Shown piece after piece: positions 25,748-37,373 of a stretch of 45,573 nt of DNA. The notes below the pieces were generated by a model. It was not told the origin of the DNA and ran no database searches. It saw only the letters and a program-made list of their open reading frames with translations. The stretch's first letter is position 1, and each line of letters opens with the position of its first letter. The position numbers and the translations under genes are program-made. The stretch is from Octopus sinensis (lineage: Eukaryota): the NCBI RefSeq assembly GCF_006345805.1, contig NW_021835206.1:1-45573 (forward strand), written 5' to 3'.

Positions 25748-25844
25748 TAATAAACCAATGAAATGCATGATTGATTGAACGGTGCGTCAAGGACGGATGC
25801 AGTCATGTCATACATACACACAGCTACATACGTACATATAATTG

Positions 25845-26160
25845 GCATTCTGTCGGTTACGATGATGTGTGTTCCAGTTGATCGAATCAACAGAACAATC
25901 TACTCATGAAATTAACGTACAAGTGGCTGAGCACCCCACAGGCACGTGTACCCTTAACGTAGTTCTCGGGGGAAATTTAGCCTGTCACAAAATGTGACAA
26001 GGCTAGCCCTTTGAAATACAAATAGAACTTATTTTTGCCAGCTGGGTGGTCTGGAGCAACGTGAAATAAAGTGTGTTGCTCAAGGAAGCAGCGCGCATCA
26101 GGAATCGAACTCACGGTCTTACGAACGCGAACCAAATACACTAACCACTAAACCATGCGA
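25845..26160 (-). mobile_element. tRNA-derived SINE family C
   Basis: Minus head GCATGGTTTAGTGGTTAGTG...GAGTTCGATTCC, then TTGAGCAACACACTTTATTTCACGTTGCTCCAG. A second head lies back-to-back at 26167-26245 (+). Confidence 0.75.
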
Positions 26161-26802
26161 GAAAGTGCGTGGCTTAGTGGTAAGGGTATTTGGCAGTGCG
26201 TTGTGTCTTTGAGCAAGAAACTTTATTTCACGTTGCTCCAGTTTACATAGATGCATATATACGTACGTACATACATAAATATACATACATACATACATAC
26301 ATACATGCATGCATACACAGATGCATGCATGCATACACACATAAACACATACATACATACACACATACATACACACATACATACAAACATACATACATGC
26401 ATACAAACATACATACATACATACATACATACATACATACATGCATGCATACACAGATGCATGCATGCATACACACATAAACACATACATACATACATAC
26501 ATACATACATACATACATACATAACATACATACAAACATACATACATACATGCATACATACACACATACATACATGCATACATACGAATGACAGTTAAGC
26601 ACTGTCGTACACATTAGCTCGCCAGCGGATACGTTTGTCATTCAACAATTGTGGGGAAAAGGGAACATTTATGGAGAACTGATGAGAAACCTACACATTT
26701 GATAGCGAGACTCTACTTCTCCAGAATAACCTATCCTCATAGCTTCATGGGGTTACGTAACAACAGACCTGCATATAAAAATATAAAAAATGATGGTGAT
26801 AT

Positions 26803-27028
26803 GCTGGCAGAAAAGTTAGCACGCCGGGCGAAATGCTTAGCAGTATTTCGTCTGCCGTTACGTTCTGAGTTCAAATTCCGCCGAGGTCGACTTTACTTTT
26901 CATCTTTTCGGGGTCGATAAATTTAGAACCAGTTACGCACTGGGGTCGATGTGATTCGACTTAATCCGTTTGTGTCTCCTTCTTTGTCCCCTCTATGTTT
27001 AGCCCTTTGTGGGCAATAAAGAAATAAG
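26803..27028 (+). mobile_element. SINE family B
   Basis: Homologous to the other family B copies. Confidence 0.85.
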
Positions 27029-27190
27029 ATCTGCATATAAAAATAGGAATGTTTGTGTTCTCCAAAAAGAACAGAACAGACTGATTCATATTCTTCAGAT
27101 ACAATCGATTCCTGACAGAGCGAAAATGTGTAAAACATTCAAGGGATTCTCCATTTGAATTTGTTGGATGAACATATGCACACGGTCCTA

Positions 27191-27532
27191 TCTCTCTATA
27201 TATAAACGGCAAAATGTCTGTCTGTATGTGTGTCCTTTATACAAATCCACAATTTTTCAGTTAGAGGGCTTGCACTTTCTATGGTCATTCAAAACCGTCC
27301 AAGGGTAGTCGAGCAAATCTTTACATTTCCCCAGTCACCCCGCAAAGCCATTAAAAAATAAATAGAAGTGACTTTTTTGTGAATTTTCTATCCAAAACCC
27401 AATCAAAATGCCCAATCTTGATACACCAATTGAATGCCAGCTAGCTGTATGTGATTGGTCGGAGATTTGCACAGTACTCGCGTGCATGTGCGCACGCACT
27501 CAGCTGTATATGCTGCCGGGTCATAATGCTAG
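27191..27532 (+). mobile_element. Non-autonomous Helitron (family of 36336), left arm of terminal hairpin deleted
   Basis: A|TCTCTCTATATATAAACGGC...; closely similar to 36336-36691; ends TGCCGGGTCATAATGCTAG. Confidence 0.8.
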
Positions 27533-27984
27533 CTTTCGTATAAAATACATATATATATATATACACACGTACATACATAAAGTACAACAGAGCTCGCAGA
27601 CTTGTATACTAACGGGACATGCACCCTCACTACAGAAGGGCAAGTTTACCCACATGTACGCGCATATTTACAGCACATACACACATATTTGCAGGCATAA
27701 TCGAATTCTGATAACCACAAACCTCAAGAGCAGTTTTGACTTAAATAAAAGTGTCCTGTTACTTTGTAAGCGATTAGCATAAATTTTAGAACGGAAAAAA
27801 TCTAAAATCCCAATGAAATATATGCATTTCGTATAAATAGAATTTAATTAACCCATTGTAGATGGACCGGGTGTAACTTTCAATGACATTGAAATCACGG
27901 TTATCATTCGAAATGCTGAGGATGCAGTTACCTTAGTGACAAACAGGGGACGAGAACTCATTCTTCCTACACTCACACTCATTT

Positions 27985-28022
<38 letters not shown>

Positions 28023-28059
28023 ACACACACACACACACATATATAAAACAGTCCTTGGA

Positions 28060-28400
28060 CGAAAATTGTATTTACATTTTGCTTTGACGTTTAATGGCGG
28101 CCAAACCGAGGCTAGGATCGAGTTGAAAACTGGCAGGGATACTAAATGCGTGGTGAGGATGAGACCCGCTATAAGGATGTGGTTGCTATGGCAAAAAGTG
28201 TGATTTTTTATCGATTCAAGGGGGCACAGAGACCCTCTTGGTTTGTGCGATTGGCTTTTAATGCCGAGCGGCATGCACTGCAGGCTGTTGTACTTAATAA
28301 AGATACATTTTGTCGCAAAATTCCGGCTAGTAGGAAACGATTTTTCATTGTGAAAAAACGAGTGCTTTTTGCCCTAATTTTCTTTTTAATCTTTTTATAA
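28060..28400 (+). mobile_element. Degenerate L1/Tx1-type ORF2 C-terminal fragment
   Basis: VVAMAKSVIFYRF resembles LVAMAKECIWWTR of the 40193 element. Confidence 0.35.
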
Positions 28401-29321
28401 AAGTGAAAGGATTTCTTCTATTTATTTCTGCTGTCCACTTACGACGGTGATTCAGTTGACTAGGAAAATTATACGTGATGAATATCCAATACCAAACTAT
28501 CTTAATCTACATATTGAAACTGTATTAAACTTTGGCAAGCTTACCTTTACCTATTCTGAGTTACTTGAAAGGTGATGTTCCCTTCCCTCTCTTCTGATTG
28601 TTGATACCTTTTTTTTTTTTTTACCTTTGATACCGTTGTTTCATTTTAAGGATGCTTCTTTACCCAGCCATTATGATATTTCGACTGCTGTCCATTGTTT
28701 CAAATAGGTTTTAGCATTGTCATTCTGGCCTTTTTTAAACACTCACATATGATTCGTTCCAAAGATTCAACCTTAAAATAAGAGTTTTGCTTCCACTAGC
28801 GAAAATTTAAAGGTATCTTTCAGGAAGCTCCATACCAATTTAACTTTATGCAGCATTCGCTGTTAGTTTATGTGCACGCTATGTGGGAAGATAGAATAAA
28901 GGGGCTTTTGTTAGATTTTCTCTCCGAAAAAAATAGCTCCCTTTTTCTGTTGAAAAAAATAAACTCGCAGAGGGGAAGTTTCAACATCTTCCTTCAATTT
29001 CCTCACACCATTTATGTGGCTGTTTCTGACAAGAAATTTCGCTTTCATGTAAAACAACTATATTTTGTAGTCATTATCCGTAATCTACTCCCAAAACAGT
29101 TCAGTAGCTCTGCTTTGCATCGCTTGCAAACTTATATGTTCTATGATAATCAAAGTGCAACGACCTCCACAATAACCAGCCTTCAATTCGATTTTCCGTT
29201 CCTAGGTTAATCGGAAATAGATTGCCATGCTACACATAAACCTTCTCGGTAGTTCAATTATTTGGTGAAAAAATACCAAGAAAGTAACTTAAACCGTCCA
29301 AAGGACGGGTGCGTTTGCTAG

Positions 29322-29375
<54 letters not shown>

Positions 29376-29635
29376 GTACACATATATGCGTGTATATGTA
29401 CATGTAGAGGTAGGTACGTACATATATGTTTATATATATGCATATATTCTATTTTATTAACATATATATATATATATATATATGAATATACGTAAATATT
29501 AGAGAGTCAACTTTGAATATGTTAACTCTAGTGCTTGAAATAGGTCCGATCGGTAAAAGTCGCCGACGATAAATCCACATAGAAAAAGCACCACAATCAA
29601 CGCTATGAAATTAAATTACTACTAAATAATGGATT

Positions 29636-29712
29636 AATGTTGTACAATTGTTTCTTCATTAACAAAATGCAGATTATACTTACATAATTGTCTATGATTC
29701 ATCAGCAACATT
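29636..29712 (-). ncRNA. Type I hammerhead ribozyme fold (A.A mismatch at 10.1/11.1)
   Basis: AAUGUUG-CUGAUGA-AUCAU...AUGAA-GAAA-CAAUUGU-A-CAACAUU: 7-bp helix I and palindromic ACAAUUGU helix III. Confidence 0.7.
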
Positions 29713-30354
29713 TGTCAATATAATTGATCAGACCCTTACAAGCGACGATTCTCATATGGTCCGATCAATTACATTCTGTTGTAGTTACAAATTTCCCGCC
29801 GAAAGTAAATGCTAAGTGGAAGTGAATACCGCATGTAATATTTACTGCAGCATATCAAATCAATACATTCTATTTACGGATAAATATGAATTTGTGTCCC
29901 CGGTTTTTTGTGCTAGGTCGCTTGGTGTTAAAATAAGGGTATTATTGAATTAATATCTATAATTTTACTCACCCTCATTATTGAATATATATATATACAT
30001 ATACTTATATATATATATATATATATACATATGTGTGTGTGTGTGTATGCATGTATGTATGTATATATGTATAGAGCTAAGAGTGAAGATTTATCAATCC
30101 AGGCAAAATACTTCATAAGCTCTCTGATGGTACACCAGACTAACAATATTATTTAAATTAGTAAAGAATTCCAGGTATACTTATGGCAGGGTCCAAGGTT
30201 ATAGGTCAACACAATTCTATTAAGTGACTCTTCTCCACCTCTTCGTAACCTGTCTTTCTCTGTTCTCTATTCTATTTGCATCTTTCCATCTTCTCCTCCT
30301 CGCTTCCCCACACAATAACCATTCCTTCAGTGTTCTGCTTGTTATAACCAGAAA

Positions 30355-30449
30355 TGGCTCTGACGAAAGTAGCATTACTTTTCTTAGGTCGTTCAATGTT
30401 TCTCAATTGATCAAGACCTATACTGACTACTCGAAACAGCTGTAAGCCA
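30355..30449 (+). ncRNA. Type I hammerhead ribozyme fold with long structured loop 2
   Basis: UGGCU-CUGACGA-AAGUAG...CUACUC-GAAA-CAGCUGU-A-AGCCA. It has palindromic ACAGCUGU, an A.C mismatch at 10.1/11.1 and UAGGUC/GACCUA inside loop 2. Confidence 0.75.
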
Positions 30450-30495
30450 AATTTGTTCCAATAAAGGAATATGTAATGACCATATCTTTAACTTG

Positions 30496-30538
<43 letters not shown>

Positions 30539-30545
30539 TATATAT

Positions 30546-30583
<38 letters not shown>

Positions 30584-31293
30584 CAGGGTGATTGGAAAGT
30601 AACTCCCTATTTTAAAATACTTATAATTTATTTATTAACTATAATTTTGGGAAAAAAAGAATATGTAAAGAAAGTGTATAGCATGGAATTTTATTTAAAA
30701 TTTGATATAGGCATCAGCATTCACCACCAGCTTCTCAAACCGCCTGGGAAACACATCAACTGATTTCATCAGGAAGTCTTGTGGAATGAAAGACATAACT
30801 TCTCGTATTCACCCTTCAAGTTCTTCCAAAGTCATCGGTTTGATAGAGAAGACTTCTTCCTTTAACCAACCCCAAAGAAAACAGTCGCAGGGTGTTAAAT
30901 CAGGGCTTCTGGCCAGCCAGCCAGTCATGCGGCCCTTGATGAATTGGAAGGACGACCACTTCAAGTATCAGCTACAAATCCTGTAGTCATGAATTTTGCA
31001 TGGCAATTCTTTGCATCAACTTGAGCATGTCTTCCTCAAATGGTCCTCCACCATCTTTGCACTTGAACAACTGATCTCCAAACTTCGTAATGTGCAGCGA
31101 GCTGGGCACGCTCCTGCACAGTAAAACATCCAGCCATGTTTGTAGGGCTTCTAAATTTTAAAAAAATAATCGATCTGAAAAAATACAACATGGAATCAAT
31201 TCCCATACATTAAAGAACATACACAACAAACTTGAGAAAAAAATTATTATTAATAAATAAATTATAAGCATTTTAAAATATGGAGTTACTTTT

Positions 31294-31298
<5 letters not shown>
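30584..31298 (-). mobile_element. Internally deleted Tc1/mariner-superfamily element
   Basis: Left TIR TA|CAGGGTGATTGGAAAGTAACTCC; the right TIR is eroded into (TC)n. Minus frames give FTVQERAQLAAHYEVWRSVVQVQRWW and WLARSPDLTPCDCFLWGWLKEEVF. Confidence 0.85.
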
Positions 31299-31349
<51 letters not shown>

Positions 31350-31378
31350 GGATCAATACAGCTTGATTCATATTCGTT

Positions 31379-31559
31379 TTGATCAAGACCTATACTGACT
31401 ACTCGAAACAGCTATAAGCCAAATTTGTTCCAATAAAGGAATATGTAATGACCATTATCTTTAACTTGTTACACATACACACACACACACTTACACACAC
31501 ACACACACACACACACATACACAAATATATGGATCAATACAGCTTGATTCATATTCGTT
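31379..31559 (+). repeat. Second unit of a local tandem duplication
   Basis: 31379-31471 repeats 30407-30498, and 31531-31559 repeats 31350-31378. Confidence 0.85.
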
Positions 31560-31675
31560 GGTAATCTCGAGTTTCAAGCATGATGCTAGTCGTCAACCAT
31601 TAATACTTTACAAATCTATTTCCTATTTATTTATTAAGTTAGTTAGTTAATTAGTTGTTTCTAGTTTTTAAATTA

Positions 31676-31920
31676 TTGGGTTGGTTCATAATTATTGCGG
31701 GTTTTTTTTCAACAAATTTTATTCAACAAAAACAATAACATTATGTAACAAAAACATCATTAAATGATTATTCCGGAGTATATTCACCATCTACTTCAGT
31801 TACCGTTTCCTATTTGCTTGACGACGGTCAGACCGTCATTTAAAGATGTTTTTGTTAAATATTGTTTTTGTTGAATAAAATTTGTTGAAAAATGGCCGCA
31901 ATAATTATGTACCAACCCAA
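31676..31920. mobile_element. Mariner-type MITE
   Basis: TA|TTGGGTTGGTTCATAATTATTGCGG... and ...CCGCAATAATTATGTACCAACCCAA|TA; TIRs of about 65 bp with a TA TSD. Confidence 0.9.
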
Positions 31921-32774
31921 TAGTAAACTGAGTTTCTGAACTGCTCTCTCTACCTCATGTAGAAGGAAAACGAGATAGAGATTATATACATTCAATTGTG
32001 TTAGAAATAGGGACTTTGAAAAGCAGTGTCAATCGTGTCTTTTAGATTTTTAAACGTATGGATATGTTAAATTCTCTTGTTTTAAAGGAACTTTCAGTAA
32101 ACCAGATACAAGGTTGAGAAACAATGTTATTTTTGCAGTGTAGTTGAGAAATTTCAAAATGTGTTTGCTTATAAGAAGACAAGCTCTTGTGTGGTTATAA
32201 GCCGTGACATAAATTGAAGTATTTATGGGAAATAGGTTCCATTTTCAGCTTCCATTTTACCATAATCGTCCGAAGACAAACTCGGAGCAATGGGTTGTGA
32301 AACTTTAACATTCAATAATACTCTTCACCATGCAATGCATTATATGATATAGTCTTAGAGACACTATGCCCAAATAAAAGACTGGACGGTCACAGCTGGA
32401 ACCACTTTGATCATAAGTCTCTTGGATCACGACTGATGTGGGACTAGACAACAATAGACACTGATAGTCACTAGTATATTATATATTAGATAACGGCGTA
32501 CTAGATTCACTTTGTTAAAACAAAACATGAATGGTCACGGCTAGAATAAGTTCATCATAAATATACTGGAATCAGGTTTACCTGGGGTTAAACTCTGACT
32601 TCAACGAAATATATATTAAATAAGCTATATATTCTTTATGCAGAATATTCCCCCGATATTTTGTCCAATGTTATTGTTTCAAATAAGCTACTCACTGTAA
32701 AATCTTCACTGAAAACCATTATCATCTCAGTCATTCTAAATTCCAGTAGTTATACGTTAAAGTCAAAACTTATT

Positions 32775-33210
32775 TCCCAATCTAAGCAGATCAGGTGCTA
32801 GAGCATAACAACCCGGACCTAGTGGTGGTGGACAAGGTGCACAACATATGCTATAGAGTTAACATTACATGCCCCTCTGAACCACGAATAGTCAAGAAGG
32901 AAGGCGAAAAGATAGACAGATACAACCCTCTTAAGTACGAAATAGCCTGGCTATGGAAAATGAAGAAGGTGAAGATAGTGCCAATTATTGTTGGGTCCTT
33001 GGGAACAGTATCAGAAGGCATTAAGGGGAATATAAAGGAAATTGGAACAGAGTGCCCAGTAAAACTGTTACAAAAGGCTCGGCCAGAATAATCAGGAAAG
33101 TATTAGATAGCTGAAAAGAACGGATAGCATGATACCGTAGGCCACAGGTAGTACACATGCTAAGCATGCAAGACTCTTGAAGCTTCAACAAAGCTTGTGG
33201 TAAAGAGAAA
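32775..33210 (+). mobile_element. R4/Dong-like 3' fragment, second subfamily
   Basis: LEHNNPDLVVVDKVHNICY...KIVPIIVGSLG; the 3' UTR matches 18775-18866 and ends AAAGAGAA|AATAATAA. Confidence 0.9.
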
Positions 33211-33239
33211 ATAATAATGATAGTAATAATAAGCCAAGA

Positions 33240-33882
33240 TAGATAAAAAAAAACAAGGGAATTCCCAATGTAGATTATGCAAATCAAAAGCGGAAAGCGT
33301 TACTCATATAGTAAGTGAATGTAGCATGCTGGCACAGAAAGAATACAAAGGAAAGACATAGCAACCTAGGGTGAGCAATGTAGAAACCTAAAATTTGACC
33401 ACACTGATAAATGGTATGAAGATGAACCTAGTAAAGTACTAGAAAGTCAGAAATACAAGACGTTGTCGGACTTTCACATTCAGACTGACAGAGTAATAGA
33501 AGCTAGAATGCCTGATCTGGTAATAGAGATAAGGAGAATAGTAAGGGCCAGATAATTGACTTTACAGTCACAAATGATGAAAAAATCAATATGAGAAGTA
33601 TAGAAAAAATCGCAAAGTACCAGGACCCAGCTATTGAATTACAGAGACTATGGAAAGTGCGGGTAAAATGTATCCCTGTAGTTATAGGTGCATCGGGAAC
33701 TATCCCTAAAGATCTGAACAGACGGATAGAGGAAATAGGCATAAAACCCAGTTAGATCCAAAAAACAATGTTATTAAAGATAGCTAGGATACTTAGGAAG
33801 GTTCTTGGCATCTAAGGCTACTCGTTGTAGCCTGATATTAGGATTCTTTTATTTTCCAACAGTCTAATCTGTTGAGTGTATA

Positions 33883-33884
<2 letters not shown>
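33240..33884 (+). mobile_element. R4/Dong-like 3' fragment, third subfamily
   Basis: CRLCKSKAESVTHIVSEC (from 33269), DFHIQTDRVIEARMPDLV, KYQD, CIPVVIGASG, RKVLGI*; followed by (TAA)n. Confidence 0.9.
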
Positions 33885-33955
<71 letters not shown>

Positions 33956-34095
33956 AATAATAATAATATAATAATAATGATAATAATAATAATTATAATA
34001 ATAATAATAATAATATAATAATGATAATAATAATAATAATAATAATAATAATATAATAATAATAATATATAATATAGTAATATAATAAAAATAAT
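33885..34095 (+). repeat. (TAA)n microsatellite
   Basis: Direct reading. Confidence 0.95.
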
Positions 34096-34149
34096 AATTA
34101 TAAATAATATTAAAACAACAAACAACAACAACATAATAAATCATAATCC

Positions 34150-34255
34150 AAGGATGGAATTCATAAATATTTTAATGTATCGCTACGTACGTTTCCACGA
34201 ATCACGCGAAACGGGCGCGTGACGATACATTAAAATATTTATGAATTCCTTCCTT
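34150..34255. repeat. Compact foldback with 27-bp perfect arms and CpG-rich spacer
   Basis: 34156-34182 and 34223-34249 are exact reverse complements. Confidence 0.9.
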
Positions 34256-34479
34256 AGATTATTATTATTATTACTATATACATACATGCAAACATACATA
34301 CATACATACATACATACATACATACAATAATACATACATACATACATACATACTTACATACAATAATACATACATACATACATACATACTTACATACAAT
34401 AATACATACATACATACATACATACATACATACATACATACATACATGCATACATGCATGCATACATACATACATACAT

Positions 34480-34550
<71 letters not shown>

Positions 34551-34814
34551 CATACACACATACACATCCATACATACATCTCTCTCTCTCCTCTCTCTCC
34601 CTCTCCGCATATGCGTGAGTGTATGTGCACAGGCGTGCATTTCTCTTCAATTTGTCATATAAATAGATATAAATTGATTTCCTACTTCTTGAAAATCAGA
34701 TTATATTTTGGTCTCCCGCTCTTTCTCTCTCTCTCTCACACACACACATACACACAACGCTCACTCACACACATGCTTTCTCTCTCTCTTCTTCTCTCTG
34801 TCACCGCTCTCTCA

Positions 34815-34846
<32 letters not shown>

Positions 34847-35507
34847 TACACACAACACACACTCATACACATGCTTTCCCTCTTTCTCTTCTTCTTGCTA
34901 TTTGTCACCCGCATCTCTCTCTTCATTTCTCCTCACTCTCCTCTCTCCTCTCTCTCTCTCTATCTATATGTGTGTGTGTGTGTGTATTAAGAACCAGCCA
35001 TAGGGTTGAAACATGTAAAAGAATAAATGAACATGATACGCACACAAAACGGCGAATATGTGAATAAAGATGGGTGCACTAGATGTGTAAATTAAGAAGT
35101 GAAAAACATTCGCTGCAGAATTTTGTATTGGAGCAAAAATTTCATCTCTCTAGACTTAGTGAGTAAGCATATAGCATGCCGAGCTTCAAGTGACATCAGT
35201 GAACCTACTAGACCCGCTGTTTCGATGTGATTTTGCTTCTTCAGTGGCAAATATTGTCCTGACCATTTGAAACGATCCCAGAAATTCTGTTCCTGATCAT
35301 ATAGAAAAATGCAACGCACATAAAGGTGCACGCACGCACGCACACGCACACACACACACACACACTCAGATACATATGCACACAAATATATATACATACA
35401 TACATACATATATATATATGCATTCATACATACAATATACATACATGAATACATACTTACACACACACACAAACACACACACACATATATATGGTTCATA
35501 TATTATA

Positions 35508-35740
35508 CAAGGTTGGCCAAAAGTCACCTAACAGTAATTCAAAATCATTTACTCCAAGATTTATTGATGTTTAACAACAGAATGAATTTCATAAAAGCAT
35601 CTAAATAAACGGTGATTTTAATTCACAACATTCAATTATTAAACATCCATAATTGGAATGAATAAATAAAATAAATAAAATTGAATATTAAGTATTTATG
35701 GAATTTTGATTTACTGTCGGTTGACTTTTGGCCAACCCTG
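35508..35740. mobile_element. Tc1-type MITE
   Basis: TA|CAAGGTTGGCCAAAAGTCA..ACAGTAATTCAAAAT and ATTTTGATTTACTGT..TGACTTTTGGCCAACCCTG|TA. Confidence 0.88.
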
Positions 35741-35970
35741 TATATATATATATTTCATGTGTGTGTGTGTTGTGTGTGTGTTTGCAAGCATATACGCAGA
35801 TACATGTGTTTGCTTCTAACCACTGCTTGAAAGCTAGTGTTAGTTTGTTTAACCTAGCGGTTGGACAAAACAGACCGATAGAATTCGTACTGGGATCGAG
35901 TTGCTTGCTTAAAACTCTTAATATCATTACTCCAGCATGGGCACAGTTCGATGACTGAGATAAAAAAAAG

Positions 35971-36328
35971 TGGCTGTGGCTGTGTGGTAAGTAGCTTGCT
36001 TACCAACCACATGGTCATGAAGTCAGTCCCACTGCGTGGCACTTCGGGCAAGTGTGTTCTACTATAGCCTCGGGCTGACCAAAACCTTGTGAATGGATTT
36101 GGTAGACGGAAACTGAAAGAAGCCCGTCGTCTGTGTTTGTCCCACCAACATCACTTGATAACCGATGGTGGTGTGTTTACGTCCCCGTAACTTAGCAGTT
36201 CGGCAGAAGAGACCGATAGAATAAGTACTAGGCTTCCAAAGAATAAGTTCTAGGGTCGATTTGCTCAACTAAAAGTCGGTGCTCCAGCATGGCTGCAGTC
36301 AAATGACTGAGACGAGTAAAAGAGTAAA
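35971..36328 (+). mobile_element. SINE family A, preceded by an older family A tail at about 35810-35965
   Basis: Runs from the head to a GTAAAAGAGTAAA tail and lacks the central (TA/TG)n. Confidence 0.85.
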
Positions 36329-36335
36329 TAGTATA

Positions 36336-36691
36336 TCTCTCTCTATATAAAGGCAAAATGTATGTATGTCTGTGTATCCTTTATACAAATCCACAATTTT
36401 TCAGTTAGAGGGCTTGCACTTTCTATGGTCACTCAAAACCGTCCACATCTGGTCGTGCACATCTTTACATTTCCCCAGTCACACCGCAAAGCCATTAAAA
36501 AAAATCAATAGAAGTGACTTTTTTGTGAAGTTTCTATCCAAAACCCAATCAAAATGCCCAATCTTGATACACCAATTGAATGCCAGCTAGCTGTATGTGA
36601 TTGGTCAGTACTCGCGTGTATGTGCGCACGCATGCAGCTGTATATGCATGCACTAGCGCTATGACCCGGCGTTGCCGGGTCATAGTGCTAG
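36336..36691 (+). mobile_element. Non-autonomous Helitron with a 41-bp terminal palindrome
   Basis: A|TCTCTCTCTATATAAAGGC...ATGACCCGGCGTTGCCGGGTCATAGTGCTAG|T. Confidence 0.88.
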
Positions 36692-36803
36692 TATGAGATA
36701 AAAGACACAACCATATATTCATATGTGCATTCAGTATTTGTGAGTTTATAATCGCATATTACAGGTTGAAAGAAACGATGCAATAGATAATGCAGTCTTA
36801 GAC

Positions 36804-37373
36804 CAGAGGCTCTCAACTATTTTTTTTACCTATGGACAATTTTATTCTTGTTGACCCTCGTAGCCATTCGATCTTCAGAAACTAGTTTATACGTATTACT
36901 CTCAAAGTCCCTATTTTGTTTTTCACACATTATCCTGTGTAGGTTGAACTATGCAAAATATTTGAGAAAGAAACCGGGCTGTTTTTTGCAATAAATATAT
37001 ATTTCTTTACTACCCACAAGGGGCTAAACATAGAAGGGACAAACAAGGACAGACAAACGGATTAAGTCGATTACATCGACCCCCAGTGCGAAACTGGTAC
37101 TTTATTTATCGACCACGAAAGGATGAAAGGCAAAGTCGACCTCGGCGGAATTTAAACTCAGAACGTAACGACAGACGAAATACCGCTGAGCATTTCACCC
37201 GGCGTGCTAACATGTCTGCCAGCTCGCCTTGCAATAATTAAAATATTTAAAACAATTTTTTATCATAGATCCCTAATATACTAATGTGGATCCTCAGTTT
37301 ACTGTTTTGCTTGAGTGGCCCCATCCTTATGTGGAGCCACAGGGGCCATATAGACCCCGATTGAGAACCGCTA
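36804..37373. mobile_element. hAT (Charlie-like) MITE with nested SINE family B (about 36998-37230, -)
   Basis: TIRs CAGAGGCTCTCAAC and ATTGAGAACCGCTA; 8-bp TSD TCTTAGAC/CCTTAGAC. Confidence 0.75.

Noticed and set aside
31558-31605. Minus-strand UUGACGA...GAAACUCGAG hammerhead-like remnant
   Set aside because: It needs three or more corrections (C3, helix II base, helix III); plausible decay but not supportable.
34990-35025. GAAACATGTA palindrome resembling hammerhead helix III
   Set aside because: It is better explained as a CR1/SINE-type tail fragment (CAGCCATAGGGTTGAAACA); there is no upstream core.
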